From contig NMRA01000252.1 in NCBI GenBank assembly GCA_002633005.1, forward strand, positions 62,001-126,000: a stretch of 64,000 nt of DNA, in the 5' to 3' direction. This stretch comes from Phoronis australis (taxonomy: Eukaryota; Animalia; Phoronida). The notes beneath the pieces were generated by a model. It was given only the letters and a program-made list of their open reading frames with translations, was not told the origin of the DNA and ran no database searches. A program made the translations under genes and the position numbers. Shown here piece by piece: positions 1 through 12,900 of the stretch; within the stretch, counting starts at the first letter, position 1, and the number at the start of each line of letters is the position of its first letter.

Positions 1-26
1 ATACTGTAGTCTATGACCACACCTGC

Positions 27-183
27 CAGTGGCAGATTTAGAGGGGGGACCAAGGAGGCCATGGTCCCCCTAAAATTCTTCCAGATTCCATGTGGCAGTT
101 GGGGGCTGCGAATGTCTGACGGGCAAAATCCTGGCTAATACTCTGTTGTGGCCCCCCTAACTCAAAATCCTGGATCCGCCCTG
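27..183. mobile_element. Short non-autonomous hAT-like MITE (CAGTGGC..GAT / ATCCGCC.CTG termini)
   Basis: Terminal inverted repeats cagtggcagattt and ggatccgccctg. Flanks cctgc/cgtgc are a 4/5 match, consistent with a 5-bp TSD. An inverted family member lies at 2695-2825. Confidence 0.65.
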
Positions 184-374
184 CGTGCAATTCAAAACAG
201 TTGACAGCGAGTTACAAATCACACATTTGGAACCCTCATGCAGAATGATTGCAATAAAAAAGTAAAGTTTTAAATGACGGATTCATTGTGTGACACAAGA
301 CTGATAAGTTTTGCTCGCACAGATTTGAATAAAAGTACTGTTGTGTAATTTTACTCAAGTCAGTGTATAATGTA

Positions 375-1211
375 GTGATAAATATAGATTATTACATGGC
401 GAAGTCGTTATCCCCCGTTATCTAGAGCCCTCGAGGATTTTGGAGGGCTCTAGATAAGGGGGATAACGACTGAGAACATGTACTAATCTATTTATACCAC
501 ATACTGAACGAGATACATTGCAATGAATCGATCTACCTTTCTCGACTCGCCTCGGCTTTGTAACTACTTTCTATGTCAGAGGCCCGGGGTCGGAGGTCGT
601 GACCTTTTAAGAAAAGCCGAGCTATTTTTGTCAAATAATGCTTATATTCAAAACCAATTGAAAATTTAAACAAAATAGAAATAAAGTGTATTATATAAAT
701 TAAGGTTTAGCAGCTGTTATAGCTTACGACACATTTTATCACGCTAAGCTTCGACCGGGAAAATATCGTCTGCTAAAGTACGTTACCACTACTAACTGAC
801 TATAATGCTCAAGTCAAAGGATCCCGACGACACGATACCCGCATTCAAATTGGAGATCAGTGTTTTACAAGTGAGAGAACACGAGAGAAAAATTTCACTG
901 AATTAAAATATCGTTTTTATGGAAATTTTGCGTCTTATTTTTCATAGCGTATAAATGTCGGTGCAATGCTCTTTGCTGAACATGCGATTGTTGCGCGTGC
1001 TCATTTAAGTATTCTATTTTCACGTTCGGTGGCGTCAGGCGCTGAGTGTTGCAGTGGTAAAGTCGGCGACTCGAAACTCTTGAGGCCCGGGTTCGAATCC
1101 GGCCTCGGTTTCCCGCCAAAATGGTATCTCACTTGTGAGATAACTTTATGTGTTATTCCACGGTTGTACCTGCCACTCGAGGCTAATATTGCGATATAAA
1201 AACACGTGATA
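375..1211. mobile_element. Non-autonomous Crypton-like element with a long subterminal hairpin
   Basis: Interrupts the LINE between DEYH and TLYTDL. Bounded by direct GTGATA hexamers (375-380, 1206-1211) with no TIRs. A ~125-bp foldback lies at 375-500. The family call is inferred from the short direct termini. Confidence 0.45.
1041..1109 (+). pseudogene. tRNA-derived sequence (degenerate cloverleaf with Pol III A and B boxes)
   Basis: A box tgcagtggt and a perfect T arm/B box ccggGTTCGAATccgg. The acceptor stem gctgag/ctcggt pairs, but the anticodon stem does not. Confidence 0.6.
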
Positions 1212-2045
1212 CTCATCTACAATCTTACGATTTCCTAAGCTTGGACAAAAGACAAAAACACCCAAGCGCTCCTCTCTAACCATGTTAGTAACGTCTTCCT
1301 CAATCATTCTGAAGACAGTGGCACGAACACTGAAAGCGAGTTAGAGCAGTCCTAAGATTTTTATCCTTCATGCATAGCAAATATTTTTCCGGATTTCATA
1401 AACTTTTGAATTTCATGCAGAAATCCAACTTGCGATTGCAGCTGATGCATTTGCTGCCAGGTCTGTATAGCACAGTCATTTACCCTCTGTATGAACTGAG
1501 ATAAGAAATTGGCATTGTTTCTAACTTCCTGACAAGTCTGAACAAAACCAAATCCGTGTTTGAATAAAAAGTTTCTAACCTCTGTACACTAAGTTTTGCG
1601 TCCAGATTCATCAAGCTAACGAATTACTTTATACCCGGACTTTGGAAGTCTATCATTTCTCATATCCAGTAAGTGTAATCAACATTTCATTAGTTTTGTC
1701 GAACAATAGACCCTATTCACTCCGACAGGAAGGCGCGTTCCAAAACGAGGCTCGCTACGATCGCTCTGGTGGCCTATCCGCGTAGTTTACTCCGCGTTGC
1801 TCGAACAGCTAGAAAAAAAACGGGCACTCTGTTTTACAATCCCTAAGGACGTTGGGATTCGGAAGCATTGGGTCCTTGCCATACGCCGCGACGAAGGAAA
1901 ATATGTCCGTGTTTTCGAATCATAATTTGTCGCATCTCGGACTGGATGCCGCTATAGCAACGAGGACCGGAGAATCTTCGGCCAGCCAGGCTGTGTTTTC
2001 ATGACTATGGGTTGAAACGCGATGCATTTTTCTTTACATAAAGGA

Positions 2046-2668
2046 CAGGGCCCTCAATCCCTCAATTTTGGGGCCAAATATCGGCCCAATTTCGCTCTAA
2101 AAAATATTGAAAAATCACGAGAAATTCCCGGCCACGAGGCCTAAAGATCCCTTCGTGATAGAAAATTTCTCTCCAACCGTTCAAATCACCTGTGACCACA
2201 GAGGTGACGATTTGAAAAGGTACAAAATCATAGGCGCAAGCAAAATAAACCAGCAAAACGTGAAGCGGGGAGGAAACTTGTACTGAGTCGAGCTAGGACC
2301 GGTAGCGGACGAGGGGGGGAAACACGTTCCGTTTTATTTTTTTTAGTCCAACGACAGATTTCCTGAGCAAAAGGTATACATCCTCGGCACCCGCAACTTC
2401 CGGGCCGCCTGCGTGCATACAATCGCGCTTTGCCCGCTTCTCCGAGGATGTCGCCCCCCTCACTAGGCCTATATGGTATCCTATCAGCCACTGAAAATGC
2501 TACTTCAGAGACAGAGCTATGAGAGCTTGCAAAAGGGCGGGGTGCTATTGATGATCGGGAGGCCAGTAGAGTTTTCACTGACCCGGCACTCGGCGAAACG
2601 TTCCCCAGCTCAGCCTAGGCCGCACACACATGAGGCACCTTTCCCCTTGGATATGAACGAGGCCTCTG
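2046..2668. mobile_element. GC-rich non-autonomous hAT-like insertion nested in the ISL2EU-like element
   Basis: Imperfect TIRs cagggccctc and gaggcctctg. Flanks aagga/aagaa are a 4/5 match to a 5-bp TSD. Confidence 0.4.
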
Positions 2669-2694
2669 AAGAAACATGATAACTATGCTTGTTC

Positions 2695-2825
2695 CAGGGG
2701 GGATCCAGGACTTGAGTTGGGGGGGGNCCGTCAGAAATTCGCGCTCCTGACTGCCAAATGGAATCTGGGATAATTTTAGGGGGGCTGGGGCATAGCCTCT
2801 TGGCTCCCCTCTAAATCCGCCACTG
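2695..2825. mobile_element. hAT-like MITE, inverted copy of the 27-183 family
   Basis: Ends ctaaatccgccactg, the reverse complement of cagtggcggatttag. Perfect 5-bp TSD tgttc (2690-2694, 2826-2830). Confidence 0.75.
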
Positions 2826-5224
2826 TGTTCTGTCCAGTTAACTGAAATTGAGCTCTTAAACGAGGTTATGCTTTGGACGATAGAATTAGGTGTTTTAATT
2901 TTAAAATTCAATTCGGTCGAGATTGATATTTGAAAAATGTAACACATGAAATGTAGATGTAATCATTAAAACCAAGAAAGCAGAATTGATGGTCATATAA
3001 TTTTTATTTTCAATTGCGAACCTAGTTTTTTATCGTAATCAAAATATATCTTTAATAACATCAAGTATTATTTCAGATCAATGACAAATCAATTGTTAGT
3101 CCCGGTAGTGCCTACCTCACCAGGACCCAGGCTATGCTTGAAGTTAATAGGCCTACTCTTGATCAAAAAATTTAACTAATTGCACATGACACCAGAATGC
3201 TATGAGCCAGCACCGAATATATCTTCAACTCGTCAACAATACGATCAGATGACCTAGTTCGTGTAGAAAGCATTTTTATCACGAATTTATTAGAAGAAAC
3301 GTAACCCTGCATTCAGCATGATACCTAATCCGTAACACTACGATCGCCGCAATTTGGTCATGTTTACTTTTCATGTTTCGAACCTAGTTTTTCGGAAAAA
3401 ACCTATATCCTTTCGTCAGACAACTCTTTGGTACATTGACTTGTTCTTTAACTGTATTTTTCTACGTTTCTGTGGTTAATTATTGACACATTTTTAAGAT
3501 TAAATATTCAGGTTGGACTCCAAAGACCGGCCATTTAACTCACGCAATGTAAATTTCCGCTTTGCTTATCGCAGTGAGCCTCGCTTTGGATTTTAATGTC
3601 CGCCGCGTGAATAGAGTCTATGTACACTAAACAGGAAGCTGTCAGGAAATATTTGAAATACTTTGTCCACACCGGTTCTGGACAGTTTTTGATATCAAAG
3701 AACCAAATTTGTGAACCGTAAGTTATGATAGATAAATATCAGTTATAAAATAATTACAATGCTAGGTAATAAACCCGGCTACACTTCACTGAAGCCGACT
3801 TCATTGAGGCCACTGACGTCAGTGCCAGTAATACTAGAGTCCAAACTTCGGCGAAAACACAAGTCTCATGTATTTGTTTCCATTTCGGATAGCCAATCTT
3901 TTTGAATTTGTTTTCATCCCCGAACCTTGCAATAATCAAACAATAGATGGAGCTGTTGCTGTAGTTTATGCAAAGTGCTTGCACCGTTGCCAAATCTTCT
4001 GCTTACAATAAATTCATTACATTGGAAAAACATTTCGGAAAAATATGCAATGTGACAACTGTTTTTACAACACAATCTTGATTAATTCGTTTAAATTTAT
4101 TTTAATCATTTAAATAACAATGGACTAAGCGTGCTACCTTTTCGTGCCCCAGTTGAACATTGAAATAGATTTGTCAAAACATCTGGTGTTTGAACACGAA
4201 ATTTTAATTTTTAATTCATAGATAATAACACTTTCATAATTTTGTCATGTACACATTTAGTTAATAAAGACGGCCAGAACAATTACCGGGGACAATTTAA
4301 AAAGCCGAGGAAAATCCAAGAAAGCAAAGTATAATCGTCCGCTCTTCCTAGAAAAGCATTTCTCCTCTGATGATCAGAGAACAATATTTGATCAACAGTT
4401 GATCTTTTTTGACGAGAACCCGACCATCGTGTAAGCATGTTATTTAATATTTTTGTAAACACTGTGATTGTGATACTCATGAAAGAAATGAATTAGTAAT
4501 TGTTTACGTTGACGGTTGAAATTTCTTTATCAAGTAGTGTAATAATACCGTAGCATCATGACTTGGGGTAACAGCTGTTTCGGTAATTTTGTTGAAGAAC
4601 TTTGTAGCCACGATGACAAAAATGAGCATTATTACGACATTTGTGAAATTGTACCGTCTATCCCCTGTGCTTTTATATCATTCGTCAACTCCTTCACGAC
4701 GAATAATACGCTACATTTTGTTATTTCAGTATACGGTACAATTACAGTTATGGTCAGCGTGACAATTACTCACGACATCATCATGCTTAGCAAATGAATA
4801 ATGTTTTTACTATTTGGCGTTAATGAGATATGGTTAAAATGCAATTCGCTTTATTTTGGAGAAATGTCGTTTTTATTAATATTCCCCGTGAATAACTTAA
4901 GGTCAGACCGGGGTCTCTTAATGCATTTTGGAGGTTCCGAATTTTGTTAACTTTTTCTTTTTCTTTTTCTTTTGCTGAACACGTTGGTTTAAACACTTTA
5001 CTTGCAAATAAATTCCTGCAAGAAAAGCATTAGTACTGATCCTTCGAAATTCTCGTAAGAGTATTTTTATTGGGTTTCATTGCAGACATTTCATTAGCCC
5101 ATAAATCGGATTGTTGCATGTGCACGCTGTAATCGTTTTGCGGGTGTGTGTACATTCTCAGGTGACTTCCTGCATGTGTGTACACATCTTCATAACACTT
5201 TATAAGAGTATCAACGCAATCGTT

Positions 5225-5380
5225 CAGAGGCGGATCTAGAATACCATAAGGGGAAGTCCAACAGTTGTCTCGTATTGAAGACTGAAGAGGTACATAGCTC
5301 CGAATGGGGGTTTCCCCTTGCGTCTAGGGGGAAATTTTGTTTTCCCTCTGAAAACAAGCCCCTTTCTAAATTTGCCTATG
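5225..5380. mobile_element. hAT-like MITE
   Basis: Termini cagaggcggatctaga and tctaaatttgcctatg. Flanks tcgtt/ccgtt (4/5). Confidence 0.55.
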
Positions 5381-6743
5381 CCGTTCACTAGAATTCGTAC
5401 ACCCAATGCAAGATAAAAGCAGGTTTGTCGTCATTCAATTTTCCGTGAAAGTTATCGCTAGATGTGGGATCATTTCTATCGGTATCTGAGGCGTGATTGT
5501 CCACAAGGGTTATCTCCGCGCGTGGTTCACCGAACTTCAGTAATACTCCATGTTAAAAGCCAATGTTATGGTGTAATACACAGTCATTTTCAAGAATTTC
5601 AAAGTCCTTTATATTTTCTTATACTTCATTTGACATAGTAGCTTCTATCAGGCTGCAACATCGTACTGAAACAAATGTCAATTTTCTTACCCTGCCTCTC
5701 CCCCACTGACCATTTTGCGCATGCGTAGCCAGTCATGTGTATAACTGAATTAAAGCCATTGCCAATGCATCAGAAGTATTTTTGGCGTCTTGTGAAATTC
5801 GCTCTCTGTTAAAAGTATTTGCAGTATACCAGTCGTCCATCGGCGTATTTGTTGAGCTATCACACACTATATAATCATGTAAACTAGACGTACGTACATT
5901 TACATCACCCGTTAAAAATAAATAGCACTGGGATGTTGATGCATCAAATTTAGAATGGTTTTTCCAAAAATAATCTCACCATTGTCTTCCTGGGAATACA
6001 TTGTATGCTCGAGATTCATCATTGGTGGCAGGTAAGTGGCAATAAATATTACGTCAGTGTCTCAATGAAACAAACCTTTATCCAGCAAAAGTGGCACAGT
6101 AAGATAAAGTTGCAAATAATATTCTGAGAATGTTTTTCTCAAAGAATTCTTAACAGCTACTATAGTGCCCCCTGGTGCACGTCCACATTTGCTAAGTAGA
6201 TAAATCAAGTGTGCTCAGGATATAGCTGCGAGTAAACATCTACTTCGATCCAAGACTCCAATAATGCAGAATCTCACATATTCCAATGTGTCTATGATGA
6301 AACTACCCCCCCCTGATTAACTCAGAAGCGCCAGTGATTAAAATCTTACATATTGTTGAATGAAGTCATATTTCAGGGATATATTTATCAACGGTTTTCA
6401 ACCATGTCAATTCATAAACTCGCAAATCACCTTTAATTGTTTCTTCCCACCCTATTCTATTTGATTCATACTCTGCATGCTTCATGTGCGAGAGTTTAAG
6501 CTTTTAATCTTTGTAGGACGCTTATTTTCTTTATTTTTGTATTTTATGTATTTATTTATTCATGTAACTTCACTATATTGCGTTTGACTTTTTATGTGTA
6601 TGTCATCTAATTGCTCACTCAAATCAGTATCGGAGTCCTTAGATCATGATATAGTTCTTCAGGAAGTCTTTGATTACACTTAATAAAGAACCAATTTTTT
6701 CCAAGTTTAGTACATTTATAACTGTCTTTCCAGTGCTGCATTC

Positions 6744-7345
6744 AACCAAGTTATAATGTTGTGACCAAGTGCACTTTATAATGTTATAACCAAGTGCAGG
6801 ATAGAGTATTATACCCAAGTGCACCTTATAGTATTATGACCAAGTGCACGTTATAATGTTATGACAAAGTGGATATTATAATGTCATAACCAAGTGCACG
6901 TCATAATATTATAATTTCATAACCACGTGCACGTTATAATGTCATAACCAAGTGCACGTTATAATGCTATAACCAAGTGCACGTTATAATGTTATAACCA
7001 AGTGCACGTTGTAATGTTATAACCAAGTGCACGTTAAAATGTTATAACCAATTGCACGTTATAATGTTATAACCAAGTGCACGTTATAATGTTACAACCA
7101 AGTGCACGTTGTAATATTATAACCAAATGGATATCATAACCAAGTGCACGTTAAATGTTATAGCTAAGTGTACGTTACAATGTTACAACCAAGTGCACGT
7201 TGTAATATTATAACCAAATGGATGTCATAACCAAGTGCACGTTAAATGTTATAACTAAGTGCACGTTATAATGTTACAACCAAGTGCACGTTGTAATATT
7301 ATAACCAAATGGATGTCATAATGTTATAACCAAGTGTATGTTATA
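6744..7345. repeat. Minisatellite, 25-bp unit aaccaagtgcacgttataatgttat, >20 copies
   Basis: Periodicity is directly visible. Confidence 0.95.
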
Positions 7346-8679
7346 GTCCCACGCATCGTCAATATACATGTAACTCATGCCGAAATCGCAAACTTCAACG
7401 TCGCTATAAAAGCATGTTCTCGTTAAATCCTCGACTTTCTTCATAGGCGTGTTTGCTCTTCCAATGAAATGTATTCGCCTTCTTATTATTTCTTTGAATT
7501 AAAACTGGTTTCAGTATGTCGAATGGAATTCTCCTGATGGTCAAATTGCATCGAGAGCTGAAATTTACCCGCAATTACAAATAACTTAATGGGGCGTGGT
7601 TTGAAGTAATAATGTTGCCTGGTCTGAAATAATAATGCCGGGTCAGTTCTTCAAACATAGAAATAATTTCATATCTGAGAACGGAACAAGATGGGACAGA
7701 CTTTATAACAGATTTACTTGAATAATACGTGCGCACGTTTCCACTTCCAAGATTCGATTCAAATTAAATTACCACACTTTAAATAGTAGTCAATTTTCCA
7801 TAGCCGAGTTTCAATTTAAATCTAAACATAGAGTTAGGATCTTTTATTTTTAAATTTGAAATTGCACCAATCGCAACGTTTTAATTCTAAACATTAGTCT
7901 GATTGGTGGAAGGTTATTTATCATTCGCTACCGTGGCAGATTGAGTTTATTTTCCAACGGGACGTCTACTCATCCGCCATCAGAAACTTCACGTTTTCGT
8001 GGGCGGAGCTAGTGTCTCATCAATTAGTTTCTGTTCTAGTTTGAGCAGTTCCGTCAATACGGATGTTGAACGCATTTTGTTTGGCAGCTAATCACAGCAA
8101 TGTTATGATCTAAAACCTTGAATCTTTGTGATTACTATTTTTAATTTAGATCTGGAAAGCAACATTGGAACAGTCATTGTTTCGATTTTCGGAATTCAAT
8201 TTTATTTAAGCCTTCAACATTGACCATCAAAATATTTATTTTCAAATTTATATTGGACATTGGAATTTCAAAATTTTATTAAGTGTTCTAGGCTTCAACA
8301 TTCAATTGGGCTTATGATAGAAAGCGTGGGTTTTTGTCCCTTTAAACTGAAATATACACGTTTCAAGTTCGTGTCAGTGAACCTCCCCATTTAATATCAA
8401 TCAGTGAACTTATTCAATAGTTCACGGTTTTACCATACATAATTTGTTAAGCTAACTCGCCTTATTATAAACAGAAACAAAAAGAAAAAAAACAAGACAA
8501 AGCGTTCCACCCGAACATGGAGAAAAATAATAGTTTTTAAAGGTGGTGCTTCATTGGGCTTACTGAGGGTGCCGGATTGTAAGTCTCTACTGGAAGAGAC
8601 CTCTGGTGGAGATCGTCAATGTTCTTTAAAGTCTTTCTCTCACGCGTTGTTAACCCTCATTACATGGTTAGAAGATGTT

Positions 8680-9900
8680 ATAAGGATCCAAGAAGTACCT
8701 ACCCCATAACTAATACACGATCCGTACTCGAAAACAGTTTAAATGAACGCGGCACTCACGATTCACCCGAAGAAACACCGCCATTTTGAACTTGCCGCGA
8801 ACCCGGAAGTACAATTCATTCAGGAACCCAGGCCGAGAAAACGCCGTCAGTGCGACTGGAGCAGTGCCTGTACTGTTACCAGCCAGCAAACGGGGATAAA
8901 AAAAATCGACAGCGCACCTTAATTTTGATAAAATCAAACTACGGACAATTTTATGGAATTTGCTGAAGAAATGTGGCGAATAAATTTTGACAGAAATTAT
9001 TTTGCCAGACTCGGGACCGCAGCCTATCGGACCCGGTGCGGATCGAGACCAGACACTGGCGAACGGTAAATGCATGCGGTTGCAAGCTGTTTTGTCGAAG
9101 TAAAATGGTCAAATGATAAATGCTGCATATATTCAAGGGTAGTTTCAGACACTTGCATGAAATTACGGGCTGGTTAGTCCTGTGTCACACTGCCGCGGCA
9201 GACCTTAGTTAGCCTCAGTCACCAGCTACCAGTGAAGACTATAGTCAAAATACAGCTTGTTAGTAGGCCTAGACAGCTTTGCGCCAAGACTACCCTTAGG
9301 CCTAACTGGTCGCTGGCCACAAACACAAAAAACACGAAAATTGAACAAAGTTTCTTTTTTGTAGCAACGTTTGTCAAAATGTATCAACGTTAAATCTTCA
9401 CAAATTACAAAGTAGCCGATTGAACATGCCTTTCAGTTCAGCAAAAGTCGACATTGTAGGTGCCGCCAGAAATGAGACGAAGTCCAACGGGAATTGTGAG
9501 CACATTTATCACTTAATGAGTAACAACTGCGAGGCTGAAATTTGGTGAACACTGTTAAATCGTGCAGAATAGTAAGTAAAGATATGTCTAACTAAATTTC
9601 ACCGTAATTTGTTGGCGAAAACAATTTACACAAAGTTTTAAACTCGTAACTTATCCCGCTGTCCTCCAATATGGCCGACGCGATCCAAACAAAGTGACCC
9701 AAATTTCGCCACAAAACTTGCAATAACTTTACAGTGCTTGCCCCGATTTTGATACTTTTTCGATTTTTACTGAGTAGAATGTACTACCTTTCCGATGATA
9801 GTAAAGTACTTTTTCAAAACGAGGAAAAAATAAAACCGAAAAAAAATTGGTTCGACCCATATTGGTTCCTAGGTTCGACCCGCCTACGTAAGGAACTAAA
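8680..9900 (-). mobile_element. Probable non-autonomous Helentron/HINE-like or other DNA element
   Basis: The minus strand begins ttt-agttcctt..cctaggaac, a subterminal hairpin next to a T run. A weak matching sub-TIR lies near 8690-8705. The interior is CpG-rich and non-coding. Confidence 0.3.
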
Positions 9901-12900
9901 CACCAATGCTATTTTAACATACTAAGTACGCGTAACATTCCAAAAAAATCAACGACCACTAACTACAAACTATAAATACACTACATATGCAAACGAATCA
10001 CGATATATTACTAATAAAACAAAATAATGAAGACTTTTCGAGCAAGCCATAGCACATTCAGTTACAAGGAAAAAATGGCGGCGTTCAGGACAAGTTCCTG
10101 AACTGATGAGCCGGAAATGTGGGTACGGAAATAACCGATGACAACCGGTAATCATACGCTCAGAGAGAAGGGTCAAATACTGTTAAAAAATCGCTTTTGG
10201 CAAGAAAGGCGAAAAGAATATAAAGAAAGGGTGTCAAAAATAAGAATTTATGTAGTAAGTATTTTCGGATACTAGAACCACATGGGCAGTTTGCAACAAG
10301 GACTTTAACGTCACGAGCTTTCTTTTAAAACGAATTCCCATCTGATGAATCCAAGTGGCCATGCTAATACGAATATTTCGTAATAATTCGGAGGTAGCAG
10401 CTTCCTTACCAATATGCACATTTTTGGCCGCTTTACTACTCTTTTCTGCTTTCGTCTTTCTTCTCACAATTCTAGCATCCACGTTCCTGCTGCGGTCCAT
10501 CTTCTGGTAAAATTACTTTTTGGCCTCGAAGTTCTGGCATTCACAATAAAAATATGCACATGTTGCATGCCTTCCATGCATTCAACTCGTTGGCGCCAAA
10601 TATTGTCCCGTGAAAACGGAAGATGCGTCGTGTTCAAGACCATTTATGCTCACCAAGTAACGCTTCACTTCTGTTGGCCGGCGGTATCTTGGGTTCCGCT
10701 GCCAAAATTTTTAGGTGAAAACTGCAAATGATGCGTGTGACTGCCGTCACGCAATAACAAAATAATTGTGCCCCAGCTTTTAGTGTCACAATGAGGAAAG
10801 CTGATGTGAGCACGCAAGTCCTCAAGTTGAGCTTGCCTATTTTTCAATTTTATCTACCTGTAAAATGCTTTACTATCTGTTCCAACAATCCTCCAGACAA
10901 CATAATTAGCCGTACAACGTAGAGTACACAGTCGAATTCATTTCGCCGCCGTAGATTACGTTTGTTGAGTATCGGTAGAGGGCGCCAAATGACTGCAATG
11001 CCCGACTGACATTTGTAAATCGCGTATGGGGTGTTGACTACCTGGAGTTTTACAAACTGATGAACGCCTTATCCACGTTCTATGCCTGAATTGTCTTAAA
11101 TTATTTTAAAACCCTCGTTCAACTTGAGGGTAAAGATATGGTTCAGTGCAACTGTTTTTTAAACAATAATTTCCCCTTTACTGTAAATTTCCATTTATGA
11201 ACTGTCTCAGTCTCGTTTGAAGGAACATTATCGGTTTTCCGACCTAAAAATACATTTTTAGGATGAATTGTAAGGTGGAGTAGACAAAACAACAACATCC
11301 ATTGTGTTTTTATGATTTTATTACGCATCGCAATTCTCGCCGTTGTCCGTCATACATTCGTTGAAATCATCTCCGGTGCTTTGCCAATCAATACGTTGTA
11401 AAAAATACTTTACCATTTAACTCCGCCTTCAAACAATTGTGAGATTCCTGGTTCGATTACGAGCTGATTGTGAATTCTGACAATGTTTCTTTAAAATACA
11501 TGCCACGCCTTTTTGTTGCTTTATGTTTTCATTGACCCGATTGCTTACGCATATATTTGTTTGTGGTATAAGTTACACGTTAGGACTCAATAGACGCATC
11601 GAGAAAAACGTTTTAGAGCAGGTTTTTGTTGAGCTGAAAAATTGGCGTTTAACGATTTTTTCTACCATTCTATTACAGTTTGAATGTTGCCTCCAAAATG
11701 GCGCAGCTTAGCGACTTTAATTGTTTGCAAGAAACTGTTTTATTAAGTATAAAGAATATCTTAATTGTTTTCATATTCACTTTTTTCTAAGTTCATTTTA
11801 TTTACTTGTTTTTTAAAGTTTAATTTGGTTTTGTATACTTATAACTGTTACAAATATTCTGTCGTGGACAAGATAAAATAAATTTATATCAACCACTTTT
11901 TATGTGATAATTAATGTTGTGGCAATTTTTATTGTCAACGATAGTTCTTAATCGTAAAGGATCATCCTTAGAACCATCGTCACCGTCGTTGTCATCGCCA
12001 TCACCACCATACGTCAATCGTCTACGTCATCATAAGAAATATCCTCGTTATCGTCATCATATCATCACCATGACCATCACATGTCCGACGTCGCCCTCAT
12101 CAGTCGTCACTATTATGAAATGTGTTATAAAGTCAACATCAGAATTACAATTTCCAGTTTAAAAACATGTGATCGCCAATATGTAAAAGACAAATTCTGT
12201 CCGCCGACGTCTACCCGTTATTAATATCTCCTCGGCGTCTCATTCACTTATCAGAAATACAACAAGCAATCAACAAAGGAATCCAATTTTGTCTGAAAAA
12301 CAATCTTAAAAGGCAAATGTATATTAGAAACGCTGTGGCATAAATTAATTTTCGATAGTACTCGCCGTCGGTTGTTTGTTTTATTTTCGCGTGGCGAGTA
12401 GTTCTGCGTTTGATTTGTTCTGTTAATTTTATGTCAACTTGAACTAACTGTGCACACGCTGCGTGCTTGATTATATTTTGTAGCCGGATTTGCGGCACAC
12501 GAGTAGGAAAGTTTAGAAACAAGTTTAGTCAGGATACATGTATATCGTGATATTCTACATGTTGTTAAGCTATTGCACTTAAGTCAACGTACAACCTGTG
12601 AATGAGACTTTACTTTCATTCTGGAGATTGTGCATAACAATTACTTCATTATAAGGTTAAGGTCACTCATCAAATTCGGTAGTCCTCACTCCAAAACTGC
12701 CGTGGTAGGAACGCTTACACAAAATAACAAGTTTCTAGACTACACACTTTGGCGTTGCGATTAGTTAAATTTTTAAACGAAACTAATTAAATCATGAAAG
12801 CATATTTTTATGTTTGTGACGTATGTATGGGTGCGTGTGTTTATTTTTCTACGTTTTTGTACTGTGAAATATTTTGTTCAAATAAATGTGAGTGTGAAAA

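Larger units (their letters stand above)
1708..3619 (+). mobile_element. ISL2EU/Harbinger-group DNA transposon remnant with a THAP-domain fragment
   Basis: TIRs agaccctattcac and gtgaatagagtct, with further imperfect symmetry (tccaaa.cgaggctc.ct.cgat). AT duplication on both sides (1706-1707, 3620-3621). Peptide IPKDVGIRKHWVLAIRRDEGKY (~1838-1905) resembles a THAP zinc finger. The LINE frame resumes on both sides. Confidence 0.7.
225..4490 (-). pseudogene. Decayed non-LTR retrotransposon (CR1/L2-group LINE) ORF2, split by later insertions
   Basis: Minus-strand peptides occur in the expected ORF2 order: FTKILNNML..GSRQKRSTVDQIL (4283-4480, RT), LQQQLHLLFDYCK (~3900-3980), GSQIWFF (~3700), LLDMRNDRLPKSGY..LDESG..FLFKHGFGFV..RTALTRFQCSCHCL (~1300-1680), IVDEYH (~1206-1225) and TLYTDL (~355-374). 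Many stops and frameshifts. Confidence 0.8.

Noticed and set aside
1041-1109. Functional tRNA-Ser(CGA)
   Set aside because: The anticodon stem does not pair, the D arm is poor, and there is no long variable arm. Treated as tRNA-derived.
2720-2730. Ambiguous n bases in poly-G tracts (also 41903)
   Set aside because: Homopolymer sequencing or consensus artefacts within MITEs.
3350-3430. Minus-strand CTGACGA...GAAA hammerhead-like motif (also checked ~10090-10160 and ~28700-28740 on +)
   Set aside because: Stems I-III and the NUH cleavage triplet cannot all be formed in any of the three cases.
7600-8440. Possible solo LTR (promoter-like interior, ..ACA end)
   Set aside because: No convincing TG start with a matching TSD and no second copy in the window.
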